DNA from: Terriglobia bacterium
Lineage (GTDB): Bacteria > Acidobacteriota > Terriglobia > 20CM-2-55-15
Reading direction: 5' to 3'
DNA length: 64,000 nt
NCBI GenBank assembly: GCA_965218585.1
Contig: CBDCLE010000022.1
Coordinates: 96,001-160,000 of the forward strand
The notes under the pieces are model-generated. The model was not told the DNA's origin, made no database searches, and was given only the letters and a program-made list of their open reading frames with translations. Below are positions 22,435 through 34,437 of this stretch, piece by piece. Every line of letters begins with the position of its first letter. Positions within the stretch are counted from its first letter, which is position 1. The position numbers were made by a program, and so were the translations under genes.

Positions 22435-25400
22435 CTAGAACTCGTAACGGAGTCCGAACTGGATCTGCCGTTCCGTTGTAGAGGTCGCCGACACCAGGCC
22501 GAAGTTTGCGGCGCCGAATTCCTGGTTGGGCAGTCCGAAATTCGGGGTGTTCGTGAGGTTGAAGATCTCAGTTCGGAACTGCAGTCGCCTTCCTTCGTTG
22601 AACGGAAAACTTTTCGTGAACGAGAGATCCATGTTGTTCAGAGCCGGACCTCGACCCGTGTTTCGTCCCAGCGTGCCCAAAGGACCTGCCGGCGCAGTAA
22701 AGGCCGCGGCGTTGATCCAGTTGTCCGGGCCCTGGTTGCTCGGGACCTGATCCACACCTGGAACGGCATCAGGGCGAGTCGAAGAGTTGGGCAGGTAGAT
22801 CGTAAACGGTCGGCCGGACTGCAACGTCAGGATGCCGTTGATCCCCCAATCGTTCAGCAGATGGCCCGCCAGTCCAACGTAATTCGTTTCAGGAAGCTGG
22901 TAAACGAAGCTCAAGGTGTAGCGGTGGCGAACGTCAAAGTCCGCGTCGGCCCGGTCGGCCCGCGCGTTGTTGTTGTCCTGGAAAGGACGGGTTGGATCTC
23001 CGCCCTGAGATCCCAGGCCTTCTCCCGGCCGGTCATCGATCGCGTGCCCCCATGTATAGGACGAGATCAGGGCGAGGCGGTTCGAGAATCTTCGTTCCGC
23101 TCGAACCTGAAGCGAATGAAAAATCGAACTCCCCGCCTGTTCCAGCAACAGGATCGGTCCGAAACCGAAGAATTCACCGGTCGAGTTTACATTGCGCAGT
23201 CTCTGAGCCTTCAAGACGTGATTGCCAACCCAGGCGACGTCCAGGACCGTGTCCGGGAGGATCTCCTGTTGAATTCCAAGATTCCAATGTTCGGCATAGG
23301 TGTCCCGGTAGTTGGTGGGTATTCCAAACGGCAGGACATTGGGAAAGATGGGCCCTCCAAACGGATTATCGATCGGGCTGAGCACTCCGATCAGCATTTC
23401 GCCAAATGGGGAATTGGAAATCTGGAAGAAATTATGTCGCTGCTGGTTGTCGTAGAAGATACCCCCACCGCCCCGGATAACGGTCGTATCGCTTCCGAAC
23501 GGCCGGTACGCGAATCCGAAGCGTGGGGCAAAGTTGTTCCAGTCGTCCTCAACCAGTTGTTCACTGGCACCCTGTCCGGCTATGGCAAGACAGTTGCATC
23601 CCGGCTCCCAGTTCGATTGCTGGTTGTTCTTTTCTTTGATCCGTCCATACCACTCCCAGCGGAGCCCATAATTCAGCGTCAGGTTGGGCGTGACCTTCCA
23701 GTCGTCCTGGAAGTAACCTGCGAATTCAGTTTTGTGCGAGTTCCCATGGAGATCTCCCCCGAAGGAGATCGATAGGCCCGGCAATCCCAGGAACATATCG
23801 GCCAGTCCGTTTCCCGTCTGAGGCTGCCCAAAAAAGCGTTGAAGCCGTTGAAGCGGAACTGGTTCGCCGCCGCAGACAGGCCACTGAAATAGTAACGCCG
23901 GAGATCGACGCCGAATTTCAATTGATGGTTTCCGGTAAACCACGAGAATTGGTCGATGAGGTTATAGACGTTTGCGACGCGAGAGAATACGCGATTGCTT
24001 CCGATTCTGTCCAGGCCGCTGGGACGGAAATCCAGAAAAGTTTGGTTGACTCCCGCAAGCGGTGCCTGGTTGGCCGGCATTGCCCGGAGCGGTGTCTGGG
24101 GTTGCTTGAAGCGGTTGTAGCCGATTCGGAATTCATGCACCTTGTTGTTGCCGATGGCAGTCGTGAAACTGAAGCCGGCATTCGTTCGAATCTTATCGAA
24201 CCTTTGCGGGAAGTCTTTAAGAGGTTCGTGTCTCCCGGAGTGTCGGTCCAGAACGGATCCAGAACACGTGCGTTGCCGTAGCTGTACCGGGCCATCATGT
24301 CCGTGTTTCCAAACAGTCGATGGTCGATGCGAATCGAGATGTCGTCGGAATCCTGGACATGGTTTGCGACTTCGATGCGGTTGCCCGCCAACACGCCGGA
24401 AACATTTGGAAGCGGATAGGCCTGTATGACCTCCCATGTGATCGCATTCATCCGATCCGGAGGAATAATGTTTCCCGGGAAAGGGCTGCCCGTTGTGGGA
24501 TCAATAATAGGCGTCGAGATCTCGCTCAAATTACCGTCTCGCATCAGGAAGTGTGGGTACAGTAGCGCGCCGTGTGTCTCCGCGTTTTTCCCTAAAGCCT
24601 TCGTAGAAGGCGAAGAAAAACGTTCTGTCCTCGACGATGGGGCCGCCGATGGCGGCACCGAACTGGTTTCTAATCAAAGAAGGGTCTGCATCGCCGCTGG
24701 CAAAGAAGTTTCGGGCATCGAGGTTGTCGTTTCGAAGGAACTCCCATATCGATCCGTGAAAGGCGTTGGAGCCGGACCGCGTCGTCGCATTGACGACGGC
24801 TCCGGCGTTACGTCCGAACTCGGCGGCGTAGGAACTCTGCTCGACCTTGAATTCCTGAAGGAGGTCGACTGACGGTTGAAAAGAAAAGCTTCTCAGGACC
24901 GGGTCCACGTTGTCGAATCCGTCGATAAAGAACGAGTTGAAATTCTCATCCATGCCGACGACGTTGAACCCGCCTCGATTATCTAATTCCGAGCCTTGTG
25001 CGTTCGTGACTGCGCCCGGAACCAACTGGATCAAAGCATCGAAGTTCCGTCCGTTGATTGGAAGTTCCAGCATCTTTTGAGCGTCTATGACACTCCCAAT
25101 CGAGGATTCATCGGTCTGGAGCAGGGGAGTTTCGGCTACGACTTCGATGACCTGGTTGATTGCGCCAACCTGCAACGTGATATCGAATCGTGCGCTTTGG
25201 TCGATCTGTAAGGCGATTCCCGTACGTCGTTCGGTGTTGAATCCCGCGATGGATGCTTCAAGGTCGTAGGTGCCTACCGGGAGACCCGGCGCCGAGTAGT
25301 TTCCGGAACCGTTCGTCGCAACCGTCCGTGTCTGGTTTGTCCCAGTGTTAACGAGGGTGATGTCGACCCCCGGTACGACGGCGCCGTCCGGATCCGTCAC

Positions 25401-25487
25401 CGTTCCCTGGATTGTGCCTGTCAGGGTTTGTCCCCACCCTGACGAAGCAATTAGGACAAGAATCAGGATCAAGCCTGTTCGTTCCAT
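22435..25487 (-). pseudogene. Oar-like TonB-dependent receptor with carboxypeptidase-regulatory-like N-domain; three frameshifts
   Basis: Four consecutive frames assemble one protein: GTIQGTVTDPDGAVVPG, LPINGRNF, RNQFG, YFQDDWKVTPNLTLNYGLRWE, RQIQFGLRYEF. Shifts near 24547, 24219 and the A-run at 23830-23835. Confidence 0.87.
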
Positions 25488-25700
25488 TAACCACCCTCCG
25501 TAGTAGCGCATTTGAAATCCTTTCGAATGCCGCGCGACGGCAATGCTGAGCGTCCCACCCACACTAAACCCCCGATGCTAACCCGAGGACATACACTGTC
25601 AACCTTAAAGTATACGATTCTTTCCATTGCTTTTCAGATAGTTGAGTGGTTTTCGTGGGGTGTGGCTGGGCTTCTCGTCATCGGAGGTGAGGGCAGGATA

Positions 25701-26188
25701 CTAGTGAAGAACGGCGATCGTTTCCGCCATAAAGTCGTGCAGAGCCTGCTTCTTCTCGGTGAAGGCCGCGATAATGAATCCTATTCCGAAAATCAGGCTG
25801 GACAGGTACTTGGCAAAGTGACGGCCGGTCGCTCGTCCGAAGGTCAGGCGCCCTCCGGCTGTGTCGGTGACGACGATGCCCAGAGCCATTTTTCCCAGAG
25901 TGGCCTGCTTTTCTCCACTCAACATCAGGGCTTCGTAAAGCCAGGGTATAGCTAGCCCGAAAATAATTCCGACGCTGGCGACCATGGCCAGCACCGCCAG
26001 GACTATGGCGAGAAAAATCCAGTCGATGACGAAAGCCCCGGCTCGGACCCAGAACCCCGCATACGCTGTCCCCTGCGTGAGGGTGTGTCCGGTTGAAACA
26101 TCACCTCCGATCGGAATCGGTGCTCCGCAGGACTGGCAGAATCGGCTTGATCGATGTTTTCCTGTCCACAGGAAGTACAGACGGTCAT
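25701..26188 (-). pseudogene. Zinc-ribbon plus RDD-family membrane protein with a 1-bp frameshift
   Basis: MTVCTSCG...QA / RFCQSCG...YAGFWVRAGAFVID...ATLGKMALG...QALHDFMA; one C missing near 26144. Confidence 0.8.
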
Positions 26189-26272
26189 TCCTGGCGGTCT
26201 CCTTTGGATGGCCGATTCTACCCTATGCCGGTCCTTCGTTGCCCCCTCGCGCCGACGTTTTATACTTTTCAC

Positions 26273-27430
26273 ATGACGGGCGTTCTCGTGGTCGTGGCGG
26301 CTATTGTTTCATGGGGCTTGGCCCTCTGGTCTCTTCTGGCCGTTGTTCGGGTACCTCGGTACCTGTTCTGGAAGCCGGCTATAGCCGCGACGGAGTGGGG
26401 ACATTGGTTGGTAGGGCCAGCGCTGGGCGTTGTGGGAGCGGGCCTTTTGATGGGCCAGGTCTTCTGGGTCGGGGTGCCGGCCTTGGTGGCTGCGACGCTG
26501 TTTGCCTCGCCCAGTCTCCGGGCTATGTTTCTTGCTGGCCGCGTTCGCGATGAACTGGATCGGTTTTTTCCTCTCTCAAGCAACGGTTCTACGGGTATCT
26601 CTCGCCCGTCTCCGTTCATGGTGTCCGACCTGCCCCACATTCCGATTCCTGACGTACCGAAGATCCGTGCGGTCTATAGCGAGGTGGCCGGAACCCAGTT
26701 GACACTGGATCTGTATCGCGCTCGAGAAATCAGACGGCCGCAACCGGTAGTCATCGTTATTCACGGCGGGTCGTGGCAGAGTGGCGACAACTCACAGTTG
26801 ACTGGAATGAATCGTTACCTCGCCAACGCCGGTTATGCCGTCGCCGCGATCAACTACAGGCTCGCTCCGGCATTCCGCTTCCCGGCGCCGATAGAAGATA
26901 TTCGCGCTTCGATTTCTTTCCTCGAAGAGCACGAGACCGAACTAAAGATTGATTCGCAACGCATCGTTCTGTTGGGGCGGTCCGCCGGAGGACACCTCGC
27001 CCTGCTTGCCGCCTACACGTTGGGTTATCAGGCCATTCGTGGAGTCATTGGGCTCTATCCTCCAACCGACATGCGCTGGAGCTGGCAGTGGCCTTCACCG
27101 AAGCGGATCATGGATAGCAATGGAGCGATTACAGACTTTCTGGGGGGAACCCTCGAAGAGGTCGCCTTCCGGTTCGATCAAGCTTCTCCGATACGTTTCG
27201 TCCGGCCGGATTCACCACCAACCCTGTTGGTCCATGGAGGGAAGGACATGCTGGTCTCGCCGCTGCAAAGTCGCCGATTGGCTTCCGAGTTAGAGCGTCG
27301 GTCTGTCCCTCATTTCCATCTGGAACTGCCTTGGGGAAATCACGGGATGGATGCCAACCTTGCCGGCCCTTCCGGCCAGATGACTCTCTACGCGATCGAG
27401 CGCCTGCTGGGATACGCAGTGGGAAACTAA
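26273..27430 (+). CDS. Membrane-anchored alpha/beta hydrolase (esterase/lipase)
   Basis: HGGSW, GRSAGG, HGGKD and GNHG motifs; N-terminal TM helices. Confidence 0.85.
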   Translation: MTGVLVVVAAIVSWGLALWSLLAVVRVPRYLFWKPAIAATEWGHWLVGPALGVVGAGLLMGQVFWVGVPALVAATLFASPSLRAMFLAGRVRDELDRFFPLSSNGSTGISRPSPFMVSDLPHIPIPDVPKIRAVYSEVAGTQLTLDLYRAREIRRPQPVVIVIHGGSWQSGDNSQLTGMNRYLANAGYAVAAINYRLAPAFRFPAPIEDIRASISFLEEHETELKIDSQRIVLLGRSAGGHLALLAAYTLGYQAIRGVIGLYPPTDMRWSWQWPSPKRIMDSNGAITDFLGGTLEEVAFRFDQASPIRFVRPDSPPTLLVHGGKDMLVSPLQSRRLASELERRSVPHFHLELPWGNHGMDANLAGPSGQMTLYAIERLLGYAVGN

Positions 27431-27507
27431 GGGGAACGCGCCAGTGCTAAGGAAGATAATGAGATTAGGACGAAGAATTTTGGCCGAGGACACAAGCCGT
27501 AATTTCT

Positions 27508-28785
27508 TCAGCAGGATGCCACACGGTTCCGCCCGCCTTCCTTGGCCAGATACAGAGCCGCATCAGCACGGGAAAGCAGGCTGTCGGGACTATCTTCGGG
27601 AGTGAACTGAGTAACGCCGAAGCAAGCTGTTATGGTGGCTCCACTGGGCACACGCAGGGATTCAGTTCTCGTCCGAATGCGTTCGGAAAGCTCGAGGGCG
27701 GCACCCAGAGCTGTATTCGGCAGGAGGAGGACGAATTCTTCACCGCCGTAGCGGGCAGCCGTGTCTTCCTTTCGGCAAGAGGCGCCTAACAACCCTCCAA
27801 AGGCCGAAAGCACTTCATCTCCAGCCGCATGGCCGAAGTTGTCGTTGACGCTTTTGAAGCGGTCCAGATCGCAGAGAACGACGCTCAGCGGATGTTCTGT
27901 TCTCTTTGCAAATGAAATGGCCTTTTCGATTTCATTTTCCAACGATCTTCTGTTCGGCAGTTTCGTAAGGGCATCCTGATTCATAAGCGAACGGATCGTT
28001 GCGTTCGCTTTCTCCAGTTCCTTATTCCGTTGGCGGAGTTCGTCGGCCAGCTTCTTGCGGACCCGGATGTCGCGTGCGATCCCCTGAACGCCTACCGGTT
28101 TCCCGTTCGCGTGCATCAGACGCGTGTTGAGCTCTATCGGTATCCGGCGTCCATCTTTTGTCAGAAGCTCTACCTCGTAAACTGTAGACTCGCGGCCAGA
28201 CAGCTTGAGTTCGGTCATCTGCTTGAGCATCGGTCGATATTCGGGAGCGACAAATTGACCGAACGGAAGGCCCAGCACCTCGACAGTGGAATACCCGCTG
28301 ATGCGCTCCGCCGCCCGATTCATGCTGATGAAGTTGCCTTCGAGATCGCCCGTGCAGATCACGTCGTCGGTGTTTTCCACCAGATCCGAGAATTTCTGTT
28401 CCACGGAATCCAGGCGACCTTCGAGTTCCTTCCTGTCCGTAACGTCGTAGCCGACTGTATAAATTTCGTTCCGGTCCTCACGCGTGAGAATCGACCAGTC
28501 CAACCAGACATACGTGCCGTCTTTTCGACTGTGACGCAGTTCAACACTATCAGAGGTATTGCCGTCATTCTGAGGAACAGCCTTGGCTCGGTCCTCGGGA
28601 TGGATCAGCGCGGTGTAAGGAATCGTGGATACGTCTTCAATGGTGTAGCCCAGCGACCGGCTCCATGCCCCACTGATCCATTGGTAGCGGCCTTCGCGGT
28701 CGGCTATCCCCATCAGGACGGACGAAAACTCGGAGAGGATCTGCATCCGTGCGGCCAAGTCGTCTGTTCTGTGATTCGGTCTCAT
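27508..28785 (-). CDS. PAS-PAS diguanylate cyclase
   Basis: Two PAS/PAC domains, DALTKLPNRR, RKED I-site and RYGGEEF. Confidence 0.93.
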   Translation of the reverse strand: MRPNHRTDDLAARMQILSEFSSVLMGIADREGRYQWISGAWSRSLGYTIEDVSTIPYTALIHPEDRAKAVPQNDGNTSDSVELRHSRKDGTYVWLDWSILTREDRNEIYTVGYDVTDRKELEGRLDSVEQKFSDLVENTDDVICTGDLEGNFISMNRAAERISGYSTVEVLGLPFGQFVAPEYRPMLKQMTELKLSGRESTVYEVELLTKDGRRIPIELNTRLMHANGKPVGVQGIARDIRVRKKLADELRQRNKELEKANATIRSLMNQDALTKLPNRRSLENEIEKAISFAKRTEHPLSVVLCDLDRFKSVNDNFGHAAGDEVLSAFGGLLGASCRKEDTAARYGGEEFVLLLPNTALGAALELSERIRTRTESLRVPSGATITACFGVTQFTPEDSPDSLLSRADAALYLAKEGGRNRVASC

Positions 28786-29035
28786 AACCTGTGAGGTTGT
28801 GCGCGCGCGGCCCGAGGTGGATCGAACGGCCTCTCAAACTGCATCGGCAATGCGGAACGATATCACCAGAATTATCCACTTTTTTCGTAGGCGATGCCAC
28901 CTGACGAAACCGGATACATTTCTAGGGTACTCTTTTAAGGCATTTGGAATTAGGGCGTTAGACACCATAGGGTCCGGCAAGGCGGGTCTGCGGAAGGTTT
29001 GTCTGCTAGAAATAGCCGACAGGGAACGTTGATTG

Positions 29036-30715
29036 CTACTCCGCCCGATTCTTCATCTTCGACAGAATTCGTTCTTCTTTCCGTTCGATATTTTCCTCGG
29101 TGCCTCGACGCGCAATGTTGTAGTCGTTCATGTCGACAAGCATGTACTCGGCAAGTAGCGGGAACTTGTCAGCAACCAGCTTGTACTTTTCCTGTTCGAT
29201 CCAGCGATACGTCGGGTGTCCCTGAGAGATCGTGCGTAACTCCGTTTCCCAGAAAAGCTGCCTGAAATTCTGCCACTGGTAGAACCTCACACGGTATGCC
29301 AACGGGACAACGTACTGAGCCAGTTCGGGGTCTTCGGATTCAAGCGTATCGAAGAGTCGACCCGCACCCTCCAGTGCTTCGCGATAGCGGTCTCCGAATC
29401 CCGCTTCTGTTATTTCCACCGGTATGTCGTATCTGTGATGCGCGGAAAAGAGCTGGCGCTCCTGAGTCATCATTCTGTGCCTGTGCAGATCGCGATACGA
29501 ACCGATGTCCACTATTATTTCGAACCGGAGATACGAATTTTCCAGTGAACGGCCGACCTTGTACCAACGCGCCGGGCGTCCGGCCAAGTAGCGTTTGAGA
29601 AGGTCCTCTTTCTCGCGGTCCGACAGCCCGCGAACGGTATCGAGGGCTTCGCTCCAGTCGACGTGCGTGTGCGCGAACATGATGGCTGCCAGGACCTTGT
29701 GCTCGGCATCGGCATCCCAATCCACGAGTTTGACGCCAGCCGGGGATGCCTCGGGAGCAGAGCGAGGCGGGTGCTCGGTTGCGAATTCTCGAACCCGGTC
29801 GTGCTTTCGAACCAGATACGCCTGGTAGTCCTTCGACTTTTCATCCTGCAGCCTCAACAGCAGCGACGGGATTTCCTCGTCCAATTCTTTCTTGAGTGAC
29901 GTCGAAAGCCAGCGTAGTTCTCCTAAAGGATGCTGCGCCGTTCTGTTGAGAAGGTACTCGAAGGACTGGGCGTTACCCCGGAGCGCTACCTGTCCCAGCG
30001 TCGCCATAGGCAGCAAGCCGCGCAAAGTGTCGAAAGCCTTTTTTTCGAGAATGGAGTCCTTCTCGGCGAAATTGTTTCGTAACCAATCCTGTAATGGGTT
30101 CAGCAGATCAACGTAGGTGTCGAACAGGAAGTCCATGGCCGACACATAGTCGTCAAGGCGTCCCAGCCGTTCCAGATCGGGCTTGGGAATGTAGTACAGG
30201 TATCTTCCGTCGATCTTGTTCCCGAAATTGACATAACGTGTGGACTTTTCGATCGGCTCCAGACCGACTCGCTGATCCTCCACGAATTTCATTGCAACCT
30301 GCGAAATACCCCACAGGATGACGTGCGTGCCCGTCATCTGCGCAATGGAGTCGTCTCCGTACTGAGACAGCCACTTCGCGTAAAACTCTTGAGCGCGATG
30401 GTTGTTAAGAATGTTGCGGAAACCGTGGTCGGCAAGGAACCTGACGGTATTCTCCAGTTCCTCGGCAAGGGCCGGGTCGTCCCCGTCGATGATGGGATAG
30501 ATGTATTCCTTCAGCAGGACTTCCAGCAGAGAACCCTTGGCCCGGCTGGCTCGCGAACACAGGGCGCCGACGATTTCAGGGGGCAGGTTTCTCATTACCG
30601 ACACGAGTCCGTCGGCGTTCGTCGCGAACGGGTCGAGAAAGCGGAGATCTCGTTCCGACCACCTGTGGGGCGCGAAATCAGGCGCGTAATCGTCTGGACC
30701 CGGAGCAGAATTCAT
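29036..30715 (-). CDS. thyX: Two-domain FAD-dependent thymidylate synthase
   Basis: YGDDSIAQ, EKSTRYV, DTLRGLLP and DLHRHRMMTQ motifs in tandem Thy1 domains. Confidence 0.85.
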   Translation of the reverse strand: MNSAPGPDDYAPDFAPHRWSERDLRFLDPFATNADGLVSVMRNLPPEIVGALCSRASRAKGSLLEVLLKEYIYPIIDGDDPALAEELENTVRFLADHGFRNILNNHRAQEFYAKWLSQYGDDSIAQMTGTHVILWGISQVAMKFVEDQRVGLEPIEKSTRYVNFGNKIDGRYLYYIPKPDLERLGRLDDYVSAMDFLFDTYVDLLNPLQDWLRNNFAEKDSILEKKAFDTLRGLLPMATLGQVALRGNAQSFEYLLNRTAQHPLGELRWLSTSLKKELDEEIPSLLLRLQDEKSKDYQAYLVRKHDRVREFATEHPPRSAPEASPAGVKLVDWDADAEHKVLAAIMFAHTHVDWSEALDTVRGLSDREKEDLLKRYLAGRPARWYKVGRSLENSYLRFEIIVDIGSYRDLHRHRMMTQERQLFSAHHRYDIPVEITEAGFGDRYREALEGAGRLFDTLESEDPELAQYVVPLAYRVRFYQWQNFRQLFWETELRTISQGHPTYRWIEQEKYKLVADKFPLLAEYMLVDMNDYNIARRGTEENIERKEERILSKMKNRAE

Positions 30716-30848
30716 GGTGTCGGAGCGAAACTATATCAGAGAGGTGTCAGGACAGGACCGGTTAAAGAGGATGGTCCGGACCCCAGAGGAAACGAGCGTG
30801 CCGGGTCCCTTGCGACATTCCCAAGAACAAACGCTTTAAAGCAATTCG

Positions 30849-31610
30849 CTACTTGATTCGAAAAACAACATCGTCGCCGAGGCTCTCAAAGTCCTTGCTT
30901 CCGATGTCCGTCCCCGTTTCGAGAATTCGGTTCGGACCGGCGGAAACGACCAAAACTGCGATGCTGGGGAGCGTCTCCGTACTCTCGATGTCGCTGAAGT
31001 GCCGGGTGTGCAGCTTCCGGACGTTGATCATGTACTTGCCACCCCAGGGATCCGCTTTCGACAGAGTGCCGATGTAGGGTCCAGACCACCCCTGTTGTGG
31101 ATTGGGCAACGTACCCTGTTCCAGGTATTGTTCTGTACCCGAGAAGGTCAATCCGCCGTCGAGGCTGCGACTGTCGATCTGATTCCGAACCAGATGTCCT
31201 TCGATCGTATCGTCGGTTCCGGACACCTCGTGCCCGAAGACTGTAGCCCGCGAAGCATAGGTGACAGGTTTTGACGGTATGTCCCAGGTTCCCGTCAGAT
31301 CTGCGGGGTAGACTCCGCTTTCGGAAACCAGATTGTTGAAATAGTCGTCGCTCGGGCCGACCTGGGTGCCAACCTTGAAGAGTGGGAAGAAGGAGTTGTC
31401 TTTGTAAAAAGTGATCACACCTTGAGCCATCGTATTAACGTCGCTTACTGCAGCCTGAATCTTGGATTCGTTGATGGCATCCACTCCGCCCGCGATGGCC
31501 ACTGTGGCCAACATGGCACCGAGTGCCACTGTTGCGGCGGCTTCGATAAGAGAAGTTGCAACGCCGTCATTTTCCTCGAGCATTCTTCGAACTACGGATC
31601 CGACTTTCAT
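30849..31610 (-). CDS. Type IV pilin/GspG-like protein with atypical GVATSLIE leader; paralog of 49515-50300
   Basis: ENDGVATSLIEAAATVALGAML hydrophobic helix; GWSGPY, DPWG, SAGPN and GDDVVFRIK GspG-like C-terminus. Confidence 0.75.
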   Translation of the reverse strand: MKVGSVVRRMLEENDGVATSLIEAAATVALGAMLATVAIAGGVDAINESKIQAAVSDVNTMAQGVITFYKDNSFFPLFKVGTQVGPSDDYFNNLVSESGVYPADLTGTWDIPSKPVTYASRATVFGHEVSGTDDTIEGHLVRNQIDSRSLDGGLTFSGTEQYLEQGTLPNPQQGWSGPYIGTLSKADPWGGKYMINVRKLHTRHFSDIESTETLPSIAVLVVSAGPNRILETGTDIGSKDFESLGDDVVFRIK

Positions 31611-31907
31611 CATCTCACTCCTATATGCTTCTCGTGCCTCGATCCCGCACGGCTCTCCTCTCAAGAGTCGATTCGGGGTTCTGTTGATGATCTTTGGGGA
31701 AGTCTCGCCGGCCGGTCACCAGCGGCGAGCCTTACGGACTGAACGGGTGTGTGGGCTGTCTCCGGGAAAAAGACATCGTGCCATGGTTGCTTTACTCCTC
31801 CAGAGGAAACGAACAACCTCAAGAATCTCGGGCATCTTATATAAGGAATGCGAGCGGGTCAATCGAAACCGGTTCAAGGGACTCTGTCGGGAGGAGCAGT
31901 GAAGGGG

Positions 31908-33386
31908 TCAGGCCAGGGGCGCAGTGAGCGTCCTGCTGCTGGTTGTTTCGGGTTCGGTCTGAATTGTGCTGAGCTGGTGGGTCCAGAGCCGGAGTTCCCA
32001 TGCCTTTTGGTCGCGGTAGGAGAGAGTCTGTCTGGCGATTTCCACCAGACGGGGATGAGGGCGGGCTTCACTGACAGAGTGGCAGACGACAACGCAGTCG
32101 TAGGTATCCTGAAGCTGATTTTTCAGTTCATCCGAGAATGCAGCCCAGTTCAGAATTCCTGGTTGTGGCACGACGAACTGACCTAGAATTCCTTTGTGTT
32201 CGATTGATGCATTGACCGAAGCGAGAACATCGAAAGGCGCCCATCGATCGAGAAGTGTTTCCACTTCGGCGAGGAAGCTCGACGATGCAGCCCAGACGAG
32301 GAGTTTCTTTCCGGTCGAATCGGTGTCTAGTTCCCTGGGCATCCGGTCGTGCTCGGGCTCGTTCGCTATCGTTGTCAGCAGATCGAAGGTCCGCTGGGCC
32401 AGTTGCCGCCGCCGGCCGAAAGCACCCCCCAGTTGAGTGCGGATTTCGAAGCGATCATTCCAGACATCCTGTAGGATTTGGGCAAGGTCGGTTGCGCCGA
32501 CATCAAATGTTTTGAAGAAGGGGTGATCGAGTGCACGGCATTCGCGGTCGACCTTTTCCCGGGAAGCTCCAACCGCTACGAACGGAATGCCAGCGGAAGC
32601 CGCGAGTATGATTCCATGGAGGCGCGAAGTCAGAAGGACATCGACATCGCGAACGGCTTCGGTAAAGTTTCGAATCCCATCTGGATCCTTGTCGTCGTAA
32701 CCGTAATGTTCTGCCGGGTGGTTCCAGGCTTGAGGCAGCCAGTCGTCGGTTGCCCGGTTGAAAGAGAGAAAGCGCAGGTCGAAGGTTGGGTCAAGTAGCT
32801 CGAGAGCATCGAGAATGCGCCGTTCAAATCCATCCGAACCTGGGTAGATCACCGCGTGGTCCGACTGCGAAGCTACGACGCCAAGCACCGGCTTCGCCGA
32901 AGAAGAACGACTTTCAACTGCCTTAGGGGCCCGTGGGGTAAGGTATGAGATGTCGGCGCATTCCAGAACGGGGGACGTCAGGCCAGCCGCCCGAAGGCGT
33001 GCTGCGCTTTCCGAATCCCGAACCGTTCGCAGATCCATGGAGTCGAACGTGGATACGTAGGGTGCGATCGCAGAGGGAGTCAGCTCTCCCTGTACGCCGA
33101 GTGCGAGTGCGAAAGTGTTCTTGCCGAACAGCTGCATCGCTGCCAGGAAGCGAAGATAGTACTCGAGGCTATCAGCCCCTGATTCGTAGAGGTGGCTGTA
33201 GAGCAGACCGCTGCCGGCCAGGATGCCTGCGTCCTGGGACGTGGGAGAGAACGGCTCCTCATCGACACGATCCTGGATCAACTCGAGCGGATTCCAGACG
33301 CCATTGAGCTGAAATCTGAGCGTATCGACGTAGCAATCGTCTCCAAAGCTCCCATAACCGTAGGTGCCTGCAAAATGGACCTTCAT
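31908..33386 (-). CDS. Polysaccharide pyruvyl transferase family protein
   Basis: GTYGYGSFGDD, GSGLL, TVRDSES and SRLHGIILA motifs. Confidence 0.82.
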   Translation of the reverse strand: MKVHFAGTYGYGSFGDDCYVDTLRFQLNGVWNPLELIQDRVDEEPFSPTSQDAGILAGSGLLYSHLYESGADSLEYYLRFLAAMQLFGKNTFALALGVQGELTPSAIAPYVSTFDSMDLRTVRDSESAARLRAAGLTSPVLECADISYLTPRAPKAVESRSSSAKPVLGVVASQSDHAVIYPGSDGFERRILDALELLDPTFDLRFLSFNRATDDWLPQAWNHPAEHYGYDDKDPDGIRNFTEAVRDVDVLLTSRLHGIILAASAGIPFVAVGASREKVDRECRALDHPFFKTFDVGATDLAQILQDVWNDRFEIRTQLGGAFGRRRQLAQRTFDLLTTIANEPEHDRMPRELDTDSTGKKLLVWAASSSFLAEVETLLDRWAPFDVLASVNASIEHKGILGQFVVPQPGILNWAAFSDELKNQLQDTYDCVVVCHSVSEARPHPRLVEIARQTLSYRDQKAWELRLWTHQLSTIQTEPETTSSRTLTAPLA

Positions 33387-33562
33387 CGTTATCTATAGGA
33401 GCAACCGGAACGCCAAAGAGTCGTTGGCGCCCGTCTGTCAGCGACACGGTGTAAGTGTCTTATAAATAGTGTTTTAATGGGTGCAGGTCGGAGTTGAGGC
33501 TTCTGTCCTCCATGTCACCGGGGTGACTCGGGCGGACGAGGGCGTGACACCGGGCCACTAAC

Positions 33563-34048
33563 CTACCAGTATGCGATCAGACGACCGGCCCCAAGCGCCG
33601 TCAACCAGCAGGCGAGCGATACTCCACCAACGATTGCCAGCCGCAACTACTCACCTGACGATAATTCCCTCACGTTTCTTTCCTTCCATGCGGGTAGGAG
33701 ATTCAGGACGGCGACGTTGATCAGGCCCAGAACAATTGCAGGGAATTTTATGAACAGGAACGGGTTGCCGACGTAATCGGTGGCGTTAGTAGTGATCAGA
33801 CAGATACCGCTGGTCGCCGCAACCAAGAAGCCCATGGTTGTGACGGGAACGGTGGGTCGTGCGATTTCGGGGAGGGAGACCCGGGGCCAAAGGCCCAGCA
33901 AGCGCAGGTCAAGGACGAGGAGAGCACCGAAAAGAGACGCCACACCCAGGATGTGAATGAGGTTGACGACGCCGTAGGTCCAGACGCCGGATTCGCGCAT
34001 GGCGTTACCGAGCGGGGAGCCCTCGAGCCACGCCATGAATTCGTACAA
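33563..34048 (-). pseudogene. DUF6644-like membrane protein with an in-frame TAG
   Basis: HILG...DLRLLG...NPFLFIK; after TAG at 33647-33649 the frame continues LRLAIVGGVSLACWLTALGAGRLIAYW-stop, the usual family ending. Confidence 0.72.
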
Positions 34049-34059
34049 GCTCTTTCCCG

Positions 34060-34437
34060 CTAGCTACGATTCGGATACACGGCGAAGGTTTGTCCGTTCC
34101 ACATGACGCGTTCGGTCTTGACTTCAAACCGGTTCATGTCGCGGTTCCGATGGCCATGCAGCGTGATTTCGGCCCCGACGGGAATGATGTCTTCGGTCAA
34201 GCCGGAACGGCTGGTGCGAGCTGGTGGCGCCAGAGTGGCGTCCCACACCTGGCCGTCGACCATCAACTGCAATGTTGCGTGGGGACCGGCTAGGCTCACA
34301 GCCCGGTGAAGGGTCCCCGTAATTTCGAACTCCTCGCTCTGGTTCCCACCCCAACCATGATGTGCGAAGGCCGGAACGGTCAAAAGCGACAACGCGAGTA
34401 CGGCTATGCCAATCGAAAGAGAAAATCCTGAACGCAT
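34060..34437 (-). CDS. DUF6152-like secreted protein
   Basis: Signal peptide ending AFA followed by HHGW; PHA motif; upstream partner of the DUF6644-like gene. Confidence 0.72.
   Translation of the reverse strand: MRSGFSLSIGIAVLALSLLTVPAFAHHGWGGNQSEEFEITGTLHRAVSLAGPHATLQLMVDGQVWDATLAPPARTSRSGLTEDIIPVGAEITLHGHRNRDMNRFEVKTERVMWNGQTFAVYPNRS

Noticed and set aside
31768-31783. Full sigma54 promoter for the first pilin paralog
   Set aside because: TGGCACG is present but the -12 GC is missing (reads CTTT), so it is noted only as a half-site.
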